The notes: generated by a model not told the origin, from the sequence alone. Positions 27,738-38,800 are shown, counted from the first letter of the stretch. The stretch is DNA of 64,000 bases from Candidatus Poseidonia alphae (GCA_002505405.1 DAVD01000046.1:39534-103533); one strand, 5' to 3'. Made by a program: numbers and translations.

Positions 27738-28769
27738 TTCATGCAGGGCAATGTATTCCATCATCTCCCCATCACGCCCCGTCCAGTTCAGTGGTTGTGG
27801 ATGTGAGGGGGTGTACCATTTTACGCCCCCATGTACCTTCGGGTCGATTTGAAGATAGCCACCTTCGATACTGCATTCAATCAAATGAATGCGAAGAAGA
27901 ACATCGTTTCTGAGATGCTCCCAAGTTCCAATAATCCGCTTGGCTGCAATTTGAACGGATAATTCCTCCCGTAATTCCCTGCCGATCGCCTCGTTCCAAC
28001 GCTCATCAGGCTCACACTTCCCACCTGGGAATTCCCACGTCTCATCGTCACTGCGTTGAGCAAGAAGCACCCTACCGTCTTCATTATGGATGAGAGCGGC
28101 GACAACATCAATCACTGAACCATCCCGCACGGCCAGCATGTTCTCCAAACATTGCATCGCTAAGAGTGAACTTGTTTCTACGTCGAGTCGGTCCTCAGTA
28201 GGGATGTGGAGAAAGAGGCATGGCGGTGGAAGGTTGCCTTCATGAAGTGATTGCAGCGCAAACAGCGTGTGATAATACGTCTCATTGCAGACAAATGAAC
28301 CCGCATCATGGGAGATGTCAACCGCAGTGGGGAGCAACGATTGCTTCCATTTCCCAAGGTCAATCCAAGCACCAAGATGACCGTGTCCCTCTATTTTGGA
28401 CGATGTTACTGCCCTACCACTGTTATCTTCAATACTCATGTCAAGGCAGTCCTGGGCCCGTTGTTCAAGCCGTGGGCGCTCACATGAGCCACACAAGCCG
28501 ATGTGAAGAATGGCATCCCATCGCTCACCAGAAAGAATCGCTTTTGATGTTTCAGTAGCACCGGAATGGTCTACAGAAAGGATCCTGGAGGTGATTTCAA
28601 ACTCCTGAGTCACCCGACCTGAGGAATCACAAACCTGGTGCATCCCTTTCAACCGAAGCGCTACTTCTTGACTCGGATTGGTGTTGTGGGTTCCAAAGGG
28701 CCCGTACCCTGTAACGAGAATTCGTTGAGTGCCCATGTATTTCTCAAGAGGGTTCAGTTTTTCATCCAT
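27723..28769 (-). CDS. Fusion protein: pyroglutamyl peptidase I (peptidase C15) + MutT-type Nudix hydrolase
   Basis: The N-terminal half has RILVTGYGPFG..NPS and the E/C/H triad contexts (RPRLEQRA, AGSFVCNETYY, LFLHIPT). The C-terminal half has the Nudix box GGKCEPDERWNEAIGRELREELSV (about 27958-28030). The track ORF extends to 29027. The ATG at 28769 (MDEKLNPLEKYMGTQRILVTGYG) avoids overlap with the divergent small gene. Confidence 0.8.
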   Translation of the reverse strand: MDEKLNPLEKYMGTQRILVTGYGPFGTHNTNPSQEVALRLKGMHQVCDSSGRVTQEFEITSRILSVDHSGATETSKAILSGERWDAILHIGLCGSCERPRLEQRAQDCLDMSIEDNSGRAVTSSKIEGHGHLGAWIDLGKWKQSLLPTAVDISHDAGSFVCNETYYHTLFALQSLHEGNLPPPCLFLHIPTEDRLDVETSSLLAMQCLENMLAVRDGSVIDVVAALIHNEDGRVLLAQRSDDETWEFPGGKCEPDERWNEAIGRELREELSVQIAAKRIIGTWEHLRNDVLLRIHLIECSIEGGYLQIDPKVHGGVKWYTPSHPQPLNWTGRDGEMMEYIALHESKPR

Positions 28770-28830
28770 CCGGCTCAAAACAGGGGTTAGATTGACAAGG
28801 AACGGTTTCCACCAAAAGGCAGTGGGACAT

Positions 28831-29178
28831 ATGGAGGAAGAATTGGTTGTCCAATTTTCGCCAGAAGCCCATGAACAACGGACCGGTTTCATGCCGTTTC
28901 GGCTCGTCAAAGAGATTTGGCGGGAAATCACCTTTGGTGTTGGGACGTGGGGGGCATTTCGCCCCCTCTTCGCAGCCCTTCTCGCCGTCGTCCCAGGGCT
29001 GTTTCTTGGCCAGCATTTTAATCGCAAGCACCGACGAGGTTTTGACTGGTTTCTTCTTCAAATTCCACTTGCATTGACCATCGTTTTGTGGATTGCCCTG
29101 TGGCTATGGTCGATTTTTGATGCGTGGCGAGATGCCCTCGCGTTTGACCCTAACTCCACAACTGATCCGTCACTTTGA
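28831..29178 (+). CDS. Hypothetical small membrane protein with two TM helices
   Basis: The internal ATG of ORF 28729..29178 gives MEEELVVQF... with helices FRPLFAALLAVVPGLFLG and FLLQIPLALTIVLWIALWLWSIF. Its 3' end overlaps the convergent protease gene by 29 nt. There is no family assignment. Confidence 0.4.
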   Translation: MEEELVVQFSPEAHEQRTGFMPFRLVKEIWREITFGVGTWGAFRPLFAALLAVVPGLFLGQHFNRKHRRGFDWFLLQIPLALTIVLWIALWLWSIFDAWRDALAFDPNSTTDPSL

Positions 29179-29935
29179 TTGAACCATCGGCCATTCCAGC
29201 GAGGTCAGCCAGGTCGTCATCATCAAAGTCATTGGGAAGGCTTCCAAAGATGAAATTCGCAAGGTCCGCCGACTCAATCGCCCAGTACATCACAGAATCG
29301 TCATTGTTTGAGTGTCCTTCATTGTTCTCATCTTCATGGTCAACTGGCGACTGGTAGACTAAATTGACCAATCCGAGAAGATGTCCGACTTCATGAACGA
29401 TCACACTGTTTTCAACGTCTTCAACAGAAGGTCGATTAAAAGGGCCATTTGCGGTTTGTATTGAATCACTGAAAAGAGCTACTGAGGACGCGTCTACGGC
29501 TACTCCAAGAACCGAACTGTCAGTATAGGTCCCTGAAGGGAAGAGGATATGCCAGGTCAAGATCGACCCTTCACGAGGAGAAGTGTCTTTGTTCTCCCAA
29601 GCCTTTTCTCGCACATCATTTGCAGACCAATCCCCGGTGTGGCCAAAGTCAACTTCCGTGAAATCGATGGAAATCCCGCCGGGTTTGTCGCAGACACTTT
29701 CCAGACGGTCTAGCAGCATATCCGTACTGCTGGTCATTGGCTTGTAACCAGCCTCGTAGTCAATCTCAATCACCATAGATGTGTACGCATCGTCTTGGAG
29801 ACAAGCAAGGGTTAATCCTCCAGGAATACCTTTCCGCTCTGGCAAGACATCAAGACGATCTCCGAAACAGCCTGATAAACTGGCTGAAAGCAGGGCGAGG
29901 ACAAAAAGAGTAACCTTCGCACGTTCAGTCCCCAT
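29150..29935 (-). CDS. Putative zinc metalloprotease lipoprotein (HExxH)
   Basis: A lipobox-type signal is present (MGTERAKVTLFVLALLSASLSG/C), along with the zincin motif VIVHEVGHLLGLVN and a downstream His/Asp-rich segment. It is not a canonical metzincin because the third ligand position is not H or D. Confidence 0.7.
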   Translation of the reverse strand: MGTERAKVTLFVLALLSASLSGCFGDRLDVLPERKGIPGGLTLACLQDDAYTSMVIEIDYEAGYKPMTSSTDMLLDRLESVCDKPGGISIDFTEVDFGHTGDWSANDVREKAWENKDTSPREGSILTWHILFPSGTYTDSSVLGVAVDASSVALFSDSIQTANGPFNRPSVEDVENSVIVHEVGHLLGLVNLVYQSPVDHEDENNEGHSNNDDSVMYWAIESADLANFIFGSLPNDFDDDDLADLAGMADGSIKVTDQLWS

Positions 29936-29972
29936 ACCAGTCCCTCAGCACGGTTGTTTTTGAATCTCATCC

Positions 29973-30419
29973 CTACCAGTCTTCTGGAATTTCAAGGGGG
30001 GAGAACAATTGTCCGGGTCCTGAGGCGAGAGAAAGTTGGGTTCTAGCCAATTGTTCCCATGCCCGCAAAGCAAGAATTCCATCGATAAGGGATACTTCAA
30101 TTTCGATGAGGGTCACACGGATAAGCGTTTCAAGAATGTCCATTCGTTGATGGTCAACAATGCTGAGAACCTTTTCCAGAGGAAAGTTCGACGGTGGAGC
30201 AGTTGAGGTTTCCGAAACCGGCCAAGGTTGAGAGACGCGTTCGGGAACGGTACCTCCAGTTGAGACCAAGTACTCATCAAGTGATTGTCCCAGGCCCTTG
30301 ATGTGCTTTTGAAGAACAAGTGAAACTTCGACGAGGGGCATGTTCAACTGATTGATGAGGTTCACCATTCGTTCCTGTAGGTTCACAAGACCGTCAACAT
30401 CTCCAGCAGAGGGTTCCAT
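29973..30419 (-). CDS. Hypothetical cytoplasmic protein, 9 nt downstream of the 1,798-aa gene
   Basis: 148-aa ORF with no signal peptide, TM helix or recognisable motifs. It is co-oriented and tightly spaced with its neighbours. Confidence 0.5.
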   Translation of the reverse strand: MEPSAGDVDGLVNLQERMVNLINQLNMPLVEVSLVLQKHIKGLGQSLDEYLVSTGGTVPERVSQPWPVSETSTAPPSNFPLEKVLSIVDHQRMDILETLIRVTLIEIEVSLIDGILALRAWEQLARTQLSLASGPGQLFSPLEIPEDW

Positions 30420-30428
30420 TGAATCATC

Positions 30429-33400
30429 TCACTTTGTGAGGGCGTCAATATACTGCCATCCATATGAATCCCATTGTTCCGTCGTCCACCCGTTGGGTAG
30501 TCCAGTTGGAGGCACAGGAGGTGGAACGGTTCGATCAAGTCCGGGCAAAGCAGTCATATTGGGCTGAGGTGAGGTTGGGGCAGGTGCTTCCGTCAAATCG
30601 GGAACAAGTTTAGTGTTCTGTTTCATTTCTTCGTCAACAACGTTGGTTTGGTCCGCTTCATCCTCTTCCTCAGGATTCAGGAATCTTCGGCGCATCACCA
30701 TGGCCCATAAGCCAAATGAAACTGAGATCAGGGCGATGAGGAAGAGCGTAATGCTGAAAATATCATCAGATACTTGCTGAGATAAAGCATCTCCATCACG
30801 TGCTGTTTCTTCCTTGACCATCAGTGAATCCACCGTATGGCGGTCCATTTCGACACCATCAACGAGAACAAGAACTCGGTATTGCACGGATTGTCCAGCA
30901 GGCACATCTGCAACAGTCGGCAAACTGGCCCGAAGGGTCCGGCCAGAAGTTGCTTCCAAACTCGCCTCAGAGGTGGTAGACCAAAATCCACCGTCGACAA
31001 GCCGTTGGAGGGCAAAGGTCACGCTACCATCGCCTGCGAGGTTGTCCGCAGTAACCAACATTGAAACCAATTCGCCTTCATTTGGGCTTGGATTGTCCCA
31101 CTGTAAAACAGTGGCTTCGTGTTGAAGGTCAACACGAGGTCCGAGAAGAGCCAGCGGCCAAGAGGCAAACGGGTCTGTCATTGAATTGCCCAAGGTATCA
31201 AATGGATTTCCAGCTTCATCAGAACCTGAAACCCATACGTCAACCGTGTAGGAGGGCAGCAAGGTCGTCGCACCCGAATCCGTCAGATCAAGATTACCAC
31301 TCCAGAAGAATTGGGATCCAAATGGAGCGATGTCCGGAAGGAGAACACTGCCTCGAGAAATCTCAGCTTCGCCGGCTTTGACTCTGTAATGTAACAGAGC
31401 CGGTTCACTGTAATCAAATCCATTTTCGTCGTTGGTCTCGAGCATGACCTTCAAATTGGATGCATCTCCAATGGACAGAGGTGCCCCTGGTAGAACGGTA
31501 TTGAGACCGATGCTTTCAATGGTCGGCCGAACACTGTCGACCGCCAAGCGAACACGAGGTTGAACGGGTGTTTCGTCGAAGGCAAGACCAGGCAGGTCAT
31601 CCATATTCAATCTGAGGTCGAGATGACCTGAACGAACTGCAGGGACGAGCAAATCAAGGCTGAATTCTCCGTCGGCTCGAGTGGACGTGCGCCAGTTGTT
31701 TTCAAAATCTCCAAAGACGACATCAAAGGCACCAGCGGGAGCGGGTGTCTCGTCTTCTGAGAACAACACACGACCGTTTACACGGAGGGCTTGGCCTGCA
31801 CCAATAATGGTCTCGATGTTCTCTGAATTGTAGTGGTTTTCGCTGTTGCGGAGTTCCACTGCACGAATGTGGCCATCTTCAGTATCAAATCGGAAGTCAT
31901 TGTCCAAACTCCACCAATCATCACCCATACCGAAACGTGTTTCAAAGCAGGGTTCGATTTCTCCTTCATTGCACGGCAAGTCGGCAACCAAGACCTTCGG
32001 TATGAAATGACTCACTCCATCGGTATCAAACGATTCAGGGAACTGCCAAGTCAATTGGAAGCGAGCCTGAATGACAACCACACTCTTGTTAGTCGCATCA
32101 AGTTCTACTGTTGAATAAAGGTTTGATACAGCGATGAAATCCGAGCCAGTCTCCATTACAGCAACGGGGTCTCCGTTTTCATCCGGTGCCAGACTGATGA
32201 ACAATGAGGACTCGTCATCGTCCAGATCTCCACCAAGCGCAACTTGAATGAATTGGATATCATCCCAACCGTTTTGGTCACTGATAAGAATTCGTGCGGT
32301 GTAAGGAATACCAGGGTGAAGTGGCTCATAGTCATCATGACCTAGAATTGACGAATTCCCCAGGTCGACCGTGGGTTCAAACTCTTGCCTGATGGTGTAT
32401 GTGGAAAGGTCTGCAGACCAATCGGGGAGAACTTCTCCCGGTCGGTCTCCGCAAACCACGTTGGTAACTGGACAGACGGGTCCTCCACCCATTGCAATGA
32501 GGTTATCTTGCTGGTCTTTTCCGGTGATGAAGTATGACACCCGTTGCTCGTGAAGCAACATTGAATCGTCAATGAGTCCCTCAAAGATGTTGAGTCCCCC
32601 AGCCCTTGTTTCAGGTGAGGAGAGGGTTTTACGTTCGTACTCATCTTCGTTGGGCAACCCATCGAAGTTGTAATCGTTGCAACCAATGGCGTCACTCGCT
32701 CTGCATCCCACCCAATAATTCAATGTGATTTGTTGTGGCGGGTCAACCGAATCTTGGACGACCAATGAAACGGCTTGCCCAACGCCGGTAGAACCTGCAT
32801 GGCGCTCTTCTCCATCCGAAGGAGTTGCAGACAGAACAAGGGGTGAATTACCGTCAAGAATCAAACGAATTGAATTATAACCGGGATTCGAATACGTTGA
32901 ACCGTTTTCTAAATCAACGGCTTGAACGTAGAATATCATTCCACCAGGAGCGGATTCGACCGGGGAAACAAAGGTTAAGTTATATTCTCCAAATGCAGGG
33001 TTAACCTCTTCATGAAGCAAAACTGAAGCCCCGATAGGGTCTCCGTCGTAAGTGACGTTTTGGCCGATGACTCGCAAACTAAAGCTACCTGCTGGAGGCA
33101 TGAGTTGTGAATCTTGGAAGTGAAGTCCTCCAGCGAAGCTAAGATTGAATCCTCCACGGACCCAATCCATGGGGTATAACTGTCGACCTGTTTCTTCCCA
33201 AACTTGAAGACCGTCCAGTTGAATGTCGTTTTCAATGACCAAATTCATGCTCGTAGTATCCCATCGGTCGACAGCGACACCGAGGTCATCTTTGACCGTG
33301 ATTGTGGCTTCAAGGTCTGTTTCATCGTCCCAACTCCAATTGACCAACGTCGGAATCCAAATTGAAACAACGCCGAGGGCATCAACTGTTGAGGTACAGT

Positions 33401-35825
33401 TTCCAGTGTCAAATACCACGATTCCACCGGCGTCACTGTTGGTGTTGCATGAATCGCCTCGCAGCCAAGTGAACGATGGATTCGCACCGTGGCTGTGGTT
33501 CAGTTCAATTGTAGCCTCGGTGACACGGTCGACATCGTCTCCCGGAGCAACTCGAGTAATGAGGTTTCGATAGGCCCCATCGGGTGAAGCCAACCCCCCT
33601 TCAAAGGAGGCATCAATTGCACGAGTTTGCATGGCGTAGGTCACGTCAATATTGGACACACGGATGCGTCCAGAGGTAGCTGCTTTGATTGCAATAGGAA
33701 TCTCAAGCATTCCTTCTCCGTTTTCGGGAATGTAATCGTTAAAGGCATCGATCAACGATGGAGCTTTCTTCACAATGACGCCTACTTGGGATTCATCTGA
33801 AGCTATTACGGCAGATTCGTTGAGGAAAATCATCGCTTCCCAATCGTAAACTCCATCCCCTCCAATATCGATCATTGGCCGGTCAGGATATCCTTCTTCA
33901 TACCACAGAATGAAACTGTCAACGGTTGGCGTGACGGCAGTGTTGTTGGTGGTCATGAAGATTGCATAACGCAAGGTATTCCCTGCAGCATCGGTTGAGA
34001 AACTTGTTTCAACATTGTTTTCGGCATCCAACCAAGTGCTTCCGTTGTCGTTAGAAACAGATACTTGAAGGGTCGTCCCAGCGGGGACATCCGCAACCCA
34101 TGCTGGCCGCACTTTACCGACCTTTGTACCCGTATTGTAATACGGTGAGGTCCAATCTCCAGTGGGAGCATATGCCGTTGCTGTATCAATATCAACCCAC
34201 CATGAGACTGCAGTTGAGCCGATTAATTGAGCTTTCCAAACCAATTCCTTTCCTGGATAATCAAAGTGAATCGTGGAATTGGAGACCACCTGTTCCCAGT
34301 GGGTCCCATTATCGGCAGAAATCCAGTAATCAACACGATCTCCAATCGATGCCGCAGACCAGTAGGTCTGAACGTTAGCAGACAAAACATCGTCTGCATA
34401 CTCGGTCACTGGACCGTACCATGTGGTGGTTCCTGGTGCAGGGGTTGTTTCATACATCCAACTCGTCCCGAATTCACGGTAGTACAACGAAGCCCCTGAC
34501 CAAGTTGAATAGCCGGAATCAACGGTGATGAAGCGGTCTCCATCAAACTGCAATCCATAACCGAGGCGTGAGATTTGGCGTGTGTTTGATTGTGGAATAA
34601 GTGCTTGAGCAGAGCCGGAGATGTCCCATGCTTCCAGTTGATCTTTGTCGTTGTAGTATGAATCCTTCTGGCAACGCATGAAAAACGTCGTTGAGTTGAC
34701 CTCTAATCCACGAACCATTTGATTGGATTGTCCGCACTCACGGCTGCTTGATGAGGACGATGTGAAGGTGTAGTACTTCTCATCGCGGTCCCATGTTGAG
34801 GTACCATCGCCACTGAAATCGTAAGATACAATCTTGCCCCCTTGATTGTGAACTACCCAGACCTTATCGGTATCTCTGTCGTAAGCAATTCCGGTATAAT
34901 CACCCGCACCTGCGGAAATATCGTATGAATCGATGCACGTCCAGACACTGTCCCTGGAAATGTCCATTTCCAAAACACGGTGGTAATTCACAGGCGCATT
35001 GGAACTGGAGATGGATCGGTATCCAGATATAATTCCGAACAGTCGTTCATCGTCCGTGACCGTCCAATCTCTAAATCCATAATATCCATAGTATGAGGAA
35101 GAATGTTTCTGAGGCAGATTGCATTGAGCCTCGTCAAGTGTGATAATGGATTCTCGGCTTGCGTTATTGGGGTAAAGCCGATGAACAACATTGTTGAAGG
35201 ATGAAGAGGACCAAGTTGACAGGAACAGCCAATCGTGGTGCTTGAGAATCGCTCCTTGACTTTGAGCCATGAAACTCGAGGAGGTTTTGGTTATTTGTTG
35301 AGAGAAGAGCCCTTCTGTTGCGTTTGAGGTGTGTGGTTGACGCAGAGCATAGGAACCGTTGTCCAACCAGGCATCGGAATTGGGGTCGGCTTCTTCATCA
35401 AACCCGTGGGGGTGGAAGGATTCGCTGATGCTGTCCATTGAAAGCGTCAAGTCGCCACTGCGGTCATCCATGTTCGTCTCTTGTCCGGCAACCCATTGTG
35501 CACGTGTGTCGGAAACCACTTGTGACCATCCGGTTGCAGAGGCCCCGGACAACGTCATGCTAACATCGGTAACCAAGGCGCCGCGCGGGAGGTTGACCTT
35601 TGCCCCATTGTCTGGATTGGCGCCCTGGTAGAGAGCAACATATTCCGTAGAACCGTCATGGAACTCGTACACGTGACGAGTACCTGCTGCCGCATTAGAG
35701 TCCTCCGAAATGAAGGAGGTGAGGGGGCTGAGAGGTGTCGTTACCATCAAAATAACGAGCAGCCAAAAAGCGCCGCGAGAGAAAAGTGTATGCGTATCGC
35801 TACCCTGCATACTTCGTAGACACAC
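30429..35825 (-). CDS. Giant type I membrane surface protein (1,798 aa) with BNR/Asp-box motifs
   Basis: A hydrophobic signal is present (FSRGAFWLLVILMVTTPLSPL). Asp-box motifs are SVSNDNGSTW (about 34031-34062) and the near-match SADNGTHW (about 34293-34325). Many sequons are visible. A C-terminal TM helix (IFSITLFLIALISVSFGLWAMVM, about 30680-30770) is followed by a 90-aa acidic, Pro-rich tail ending LPNGWTTEQWDSYGWQYIDALTK. An alternative start (MQGSD) lies at 35810. Confidence 0.8.
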   Translation of the reverse strand: MCLRSMQGSDTHTLFSRGAFWLLVILMVTTPLSPLTSFISEDSNAAAGTRHVYEFHDGSTEYVALYQGANPDNGAKVNLPRGALVTDVSMTLSGASATGWSQVVSDTRAQWVAGQETNMDDRSGDLTLSMDSISESFHPHGFDEEADPNSDAWLDNGSYALRQPHTSNATEGLFSQQITKTSSSFMAQSQGAILKHHDWLFLSTWSSSSFNNVVHRLYPNNASRESIITLDEAQCNLPQKHSSSYYGYYGFRDWTVTDDERLFGIISGYRSISSSNAPVNYHRVLEMDISRDSVWTCIDSYDISAGAGDYTGIAYDRDTDKVWVVHNQGGKIVSYDFSGDGTSTWDRDEKYYTFTSSSSSSRECGQSNQMVRGLEVNSTTFFMRCQKDSYYNDKDQLEAWDISGSAQALIPQSNTRQISRLGYGLQFDGDRFITVDSGYSTWSGASLYYREFGTSWMYETTPAPGTTTWYGPVTEYADDVLSANVQTYWSAASIGDRVDYWISADNGTHWEQVVSNSTIHFDYPGKELVWKAQLIGSTAVSWWVDIDTATAYAPTGDWTSPYYNTGTKVGKVRPAWVADVPAGTTLQVSVSNDNGSTWLDAENNVETSFSTDAAGNTLRYAIFMTTNNTAVTPTVDSFILWYEEGYPDRPMIDIGGDGVYDWEAMIFLNESAVIASDESQVGVIVKKAPSLIDAFNDYIPENGEGMLEIPIAIKAATSGRIRVSNIDVTYAMQTRAIDASFEGGLASPDGAYRNLITRVAPGDDVDRVTEATIELNHSHGANPSFTWLRGDSCNTNSDAGGIVVFDTGNCTSTVDALGVVSIWIPTLVNWSWDDETDLEATITVKDDLGVAVDRWDTTSMNLVIENDIQLDGLQVWEETGRQLYPMDWVRGGFNLSFAGGLHFQDSQLMPPAGSFSLRVIGQNVTYDGDPIGASVLLHEEVNPAFGEYNLTFVSPVESAPGGMIFYVQAVDLENGSTYSNPGYNSIRLILDGNSPLVLSATPSDGEERHAGSTGVGQAVSLVVQDSVDPPQQITLNYWVGCRASDAIGCNDYNFDGLPNEDEYERKTLSSPETRAGGLNIFEGLIDDSMLLHEQRVSYFITGKDQQDNLIAMGGGPVCPVTNVVCGDRPGEVLPDWSADLSTYTIRQEFEPTVDLGNSSILGHDDYEPLHPGIPYTARILISDQNGWDDIQFIQVALGGDLDDDESSLFISLAPDENGDPVAVMETGSDFIAVSNLYSTVELDATNKSVVVIQARFQLTWQFPESFDTDGVSHFIPKVLVADLPCNEGEIEPCFETRFGMGDDWWSLDNDFRFDTEDGHIRAVELRNSENHYNSENIETIIGAGQALRVNGRVLFSEDETPAPAGAFDVVFGDFENNWRTSTRADGEFSLDLLVPAVRSGHLDLRLNMDDLPGLAFDETPVQPRVRLAVDSVRPTIESIGLNTVLPGAPLSIGDASNLKVMLETNDENGFDYSEPALLHYRVKAGEAEISRGSVLLPDIAPFGSQFFWSGNLDLTDSGATTLLPSYTVDVWVSGSDEAGNPFDTLGNSMTDPFASWPLALLGPRVDLQHEATVLQWDNPSPNEGELVSMLVTADNLAGDGSVTFALQRLVDGGFWSTTSEASLEATSGRTLRASLPTVADVPAGQSVQYRVLVLVDGVEMDRHTVDSLMVKEETARDGDALSQQVSDDIFSITLFLIALISVSFGLWAMVMRRRFLNPEEEDEADQTNVVDEEMKQNTKLVPDLTEAPAPTSPQPNMTALPGLDRTVPPPVPPTGLPNGWTTEQWDSYGWQYIDALTK

Positions 35826-35880
35826 GACTTAGATTTTTAACCATGCGGTTAGGAGTCACACCAAAATTAATCCAAATGAA

Positions 35881-38800
35881 TCATTCTGTCGTTCTTGAAT
35901 CGTATCGAATCGGTGAAGAATCTCCTCGGACACCGTCTTCCTCATCGTCTCGAACTTCGAACCAATCGTTCATCCAATCACCATCTGTATCCCAATTTGT
36001 GGGGTCGCTTCCTTCTGCAAGGTGGTCGTCATCAAAGTCAAGGAGGTACCAGCCGTATTCGTGCTCTCCAACATTTCGAACAGGAGGTGTATTTGGGGAG
36101 CCTTGGTAGTAGATCTCCCATGCATCTGTGAGATTACCAGCCATAAGAATCACGTCATCGCTGCTATCTACAGTAAGGAAATTTGTGTCGTAATCATTGA
36201 CGATGTAACCGAACTGACGGTCGATTCCAGAATATTGGTCCAGTTTGAGGTAATTTTGAATCAACTCATCAGGCTGCCCCAATCCAAGAATCGCTGCCCT
36301 AAACTGCCAACCTTCGGTGACCGGACTCCCCTCAAAGGTGAGTCCACTCAATCTGACGGCATTCGGGGACGAATACTCTGAAAGTGTAATGGCGTAAAAC
36401 TCCTGGAAGTTCGTATACGGTTCGTAGGTGCATCCAGCCCCACTGCAGTCCCAGTTCCCATCTTGGTCCGGGTCTTGATTCGCATCATTGGGATCACTTG
36501 GATCCATTGTGAACCATGTAAATTCGATGTCGGGTCGGCCCAATGTACCGCCAGAGCCGTCCTGTGATAGAGGCAAACAGGAGTTGGTACTGGTATCGCA
36601 GGCTCCACCGGTAGCCACGTCAATCCAAACAACACGGATGGAAAGATACGAACTGAAATTGTCATTTGACTCATTCCAAGCCCGCTTGTATTCGTACCAA
36701 TCCGGGATCATGTCACCGTCTGAATCATTATCGCTTGGATTGGAACCGTACTTGAACACCTCTCGACCGTCAGAATAATTGAAATCTTGAACGTGAGAAA
36801 TCACAACACCGTTTTCCACCGTGGTAATGTAGGAAATACTGTCGCCGTCGCTGTCGTTGCTGTCGGGGCGTGTTTCATTCTCGAACTCCATAATATTCGT
36901 GAACGGTAACGAACCGATTCCGTTTTGAATGACTTGACCCGAAGGAACGAGGGCACGATCTACCCAAACCCCTTGGGTTGAAGGAACGTCAAAACTGGTA
37001 CGGTCGTACCAGCCATCATGGTCGCCATCATAGTCAACGTCCCATGGATTGATTGGATTAGCTGCCCAGTGATTGATGGTTGTGGGGTCATCCATAGCAA
37101 ATATTGCATAGCAATACTCCCAACCGTCGGGAATACCGTCACTGTCAGAATCTGGGTGGGTCGGGTCAGCCGCTCCACGTAGACTCCGATTGAAATTTTC
37201 AGCGTCATAAGTATTGATTTCGTCCATCCGGTCTTGTGAATCTGTACCTTTCTTGACGAAATCTTGGTAGAGGGCTTGTTGGGCCTGAATAGCAGTGAAA
37301 CCGAGTTCTTCGGTATACGCAGCCATAGCATCTTCACCGAAATCCACGAGCCCTAAATTTGCTGGAACGGTCCCTCTGTTGAGGTAATGACCGTACGTCC
37401 GAGATTCCCATTCACGAAGATTGCTAAAGGTTTCATTGACATCGATGGTTCCGTCACCGTTACAGTCGAAACTATCGCCGTCGGAGTCAAGGTTAACGTC
37501 GCCATCGATCAGTGGGTTCATGCTCCACCTGTTCTGATCCAAATCCCAATTGGTAAACCAGTATTCGAATCCATCAATCATCCCGTCGCCGTCCGTATCG
37601 GCGATGGTCGGATCGGTCATGCCCAAGATAACGTCAATGAAAGCGGTTGGAGGTTCACCTTGCTGCCAAGCGTTGAAATCATTGAGCAATCGCTTACCAC
37701 GGGTATCTTTTGTAATGAGGATATTGAACACTCGTTGAGCCTTTTCAGTGGGTTGTTGGAAATCTCCGTCAATGTGCATCAACGGTGCGTCGCTTGGATG
37801 GGCAATGCCGTTATCCGGTTGTGCTTCGGCGAGATTAAATTCTTGAAGGTCAATAAGACCGTCCTCGTCTCCATCGAAGAGCCCGTCTCCAGCGACGAGA
37901 GGATTGAGGGTCCATGTGCCTGCAGTTGAATTCCAAGCTGTGAATAGGAGTTCGACTCCGTCCAGCATTCCGTCACCGTCCGTGTCCACGTTATTTGGGT
38001 CGGATGTGAGTCCCGTCATGTTGATTTGGTCCTGCGTAATGAAACTACCAAAGGATTCCTCGGTGGTCACGCCTGGCCATTGTTGGAGGGCATATGCTTG
38101 GCCGATGGTGGTGACAAACCATTGCGGGGACGAGCGTTCATTATCGGTTTCAGACAATTCAGGTGCAATCACATTGTATTCTTCCCAATTTGTCATGCCG
38201 TCTTCGTCGGTATCGTCCCAACGGTCAGCTGAATCCAAGGGATTCAACGTCCATTCGTCATCAAGTAAATCCCACCTTGCAAACCAAATTTCCCATCCAT
38301 CGGGCATCCCGTCGTCATCGGAGTCAGAACTCAACGGGTCAGATGCACCGATGCTGTAGGTGGATTGCCCGGAGGTTACCGCCCCAGATGCCCGTTCTGC
38401 GAAGGTCGCTTCAGGAATACCATAGTCGCTGACATGGTCAAAGAGGTTGGTTGAAAACCCACCAGGAAGGGTTTGCCCGTCCAATGTTTGGTTGCCCAAA
38501 AAGAGGTCGCTGCGTAGATGATATTCGAGGTAATTGACGAAGGACTCATTGAGGTCCAAGACGCCGTCGTGGTTGATGTCGTATCCGTCTCCATCAGGGT
38601 TTTCAAATGCATCAGATCCGTTGAGCGGATTAACACCAATTCGGCTTGGATCCCATGAGCATAGACCCTTTGACTCCCATCCATCGGGCAAAGTATCCCC
38701 GTCGGAGTCAATCGCATTAGGGTCCGCAAGTGCCCACTGCTCAACGCTTTCAGGAGACTCGCCGTAAAGTTCCATCAATTCACCTGCAAGGCCCATGTTT

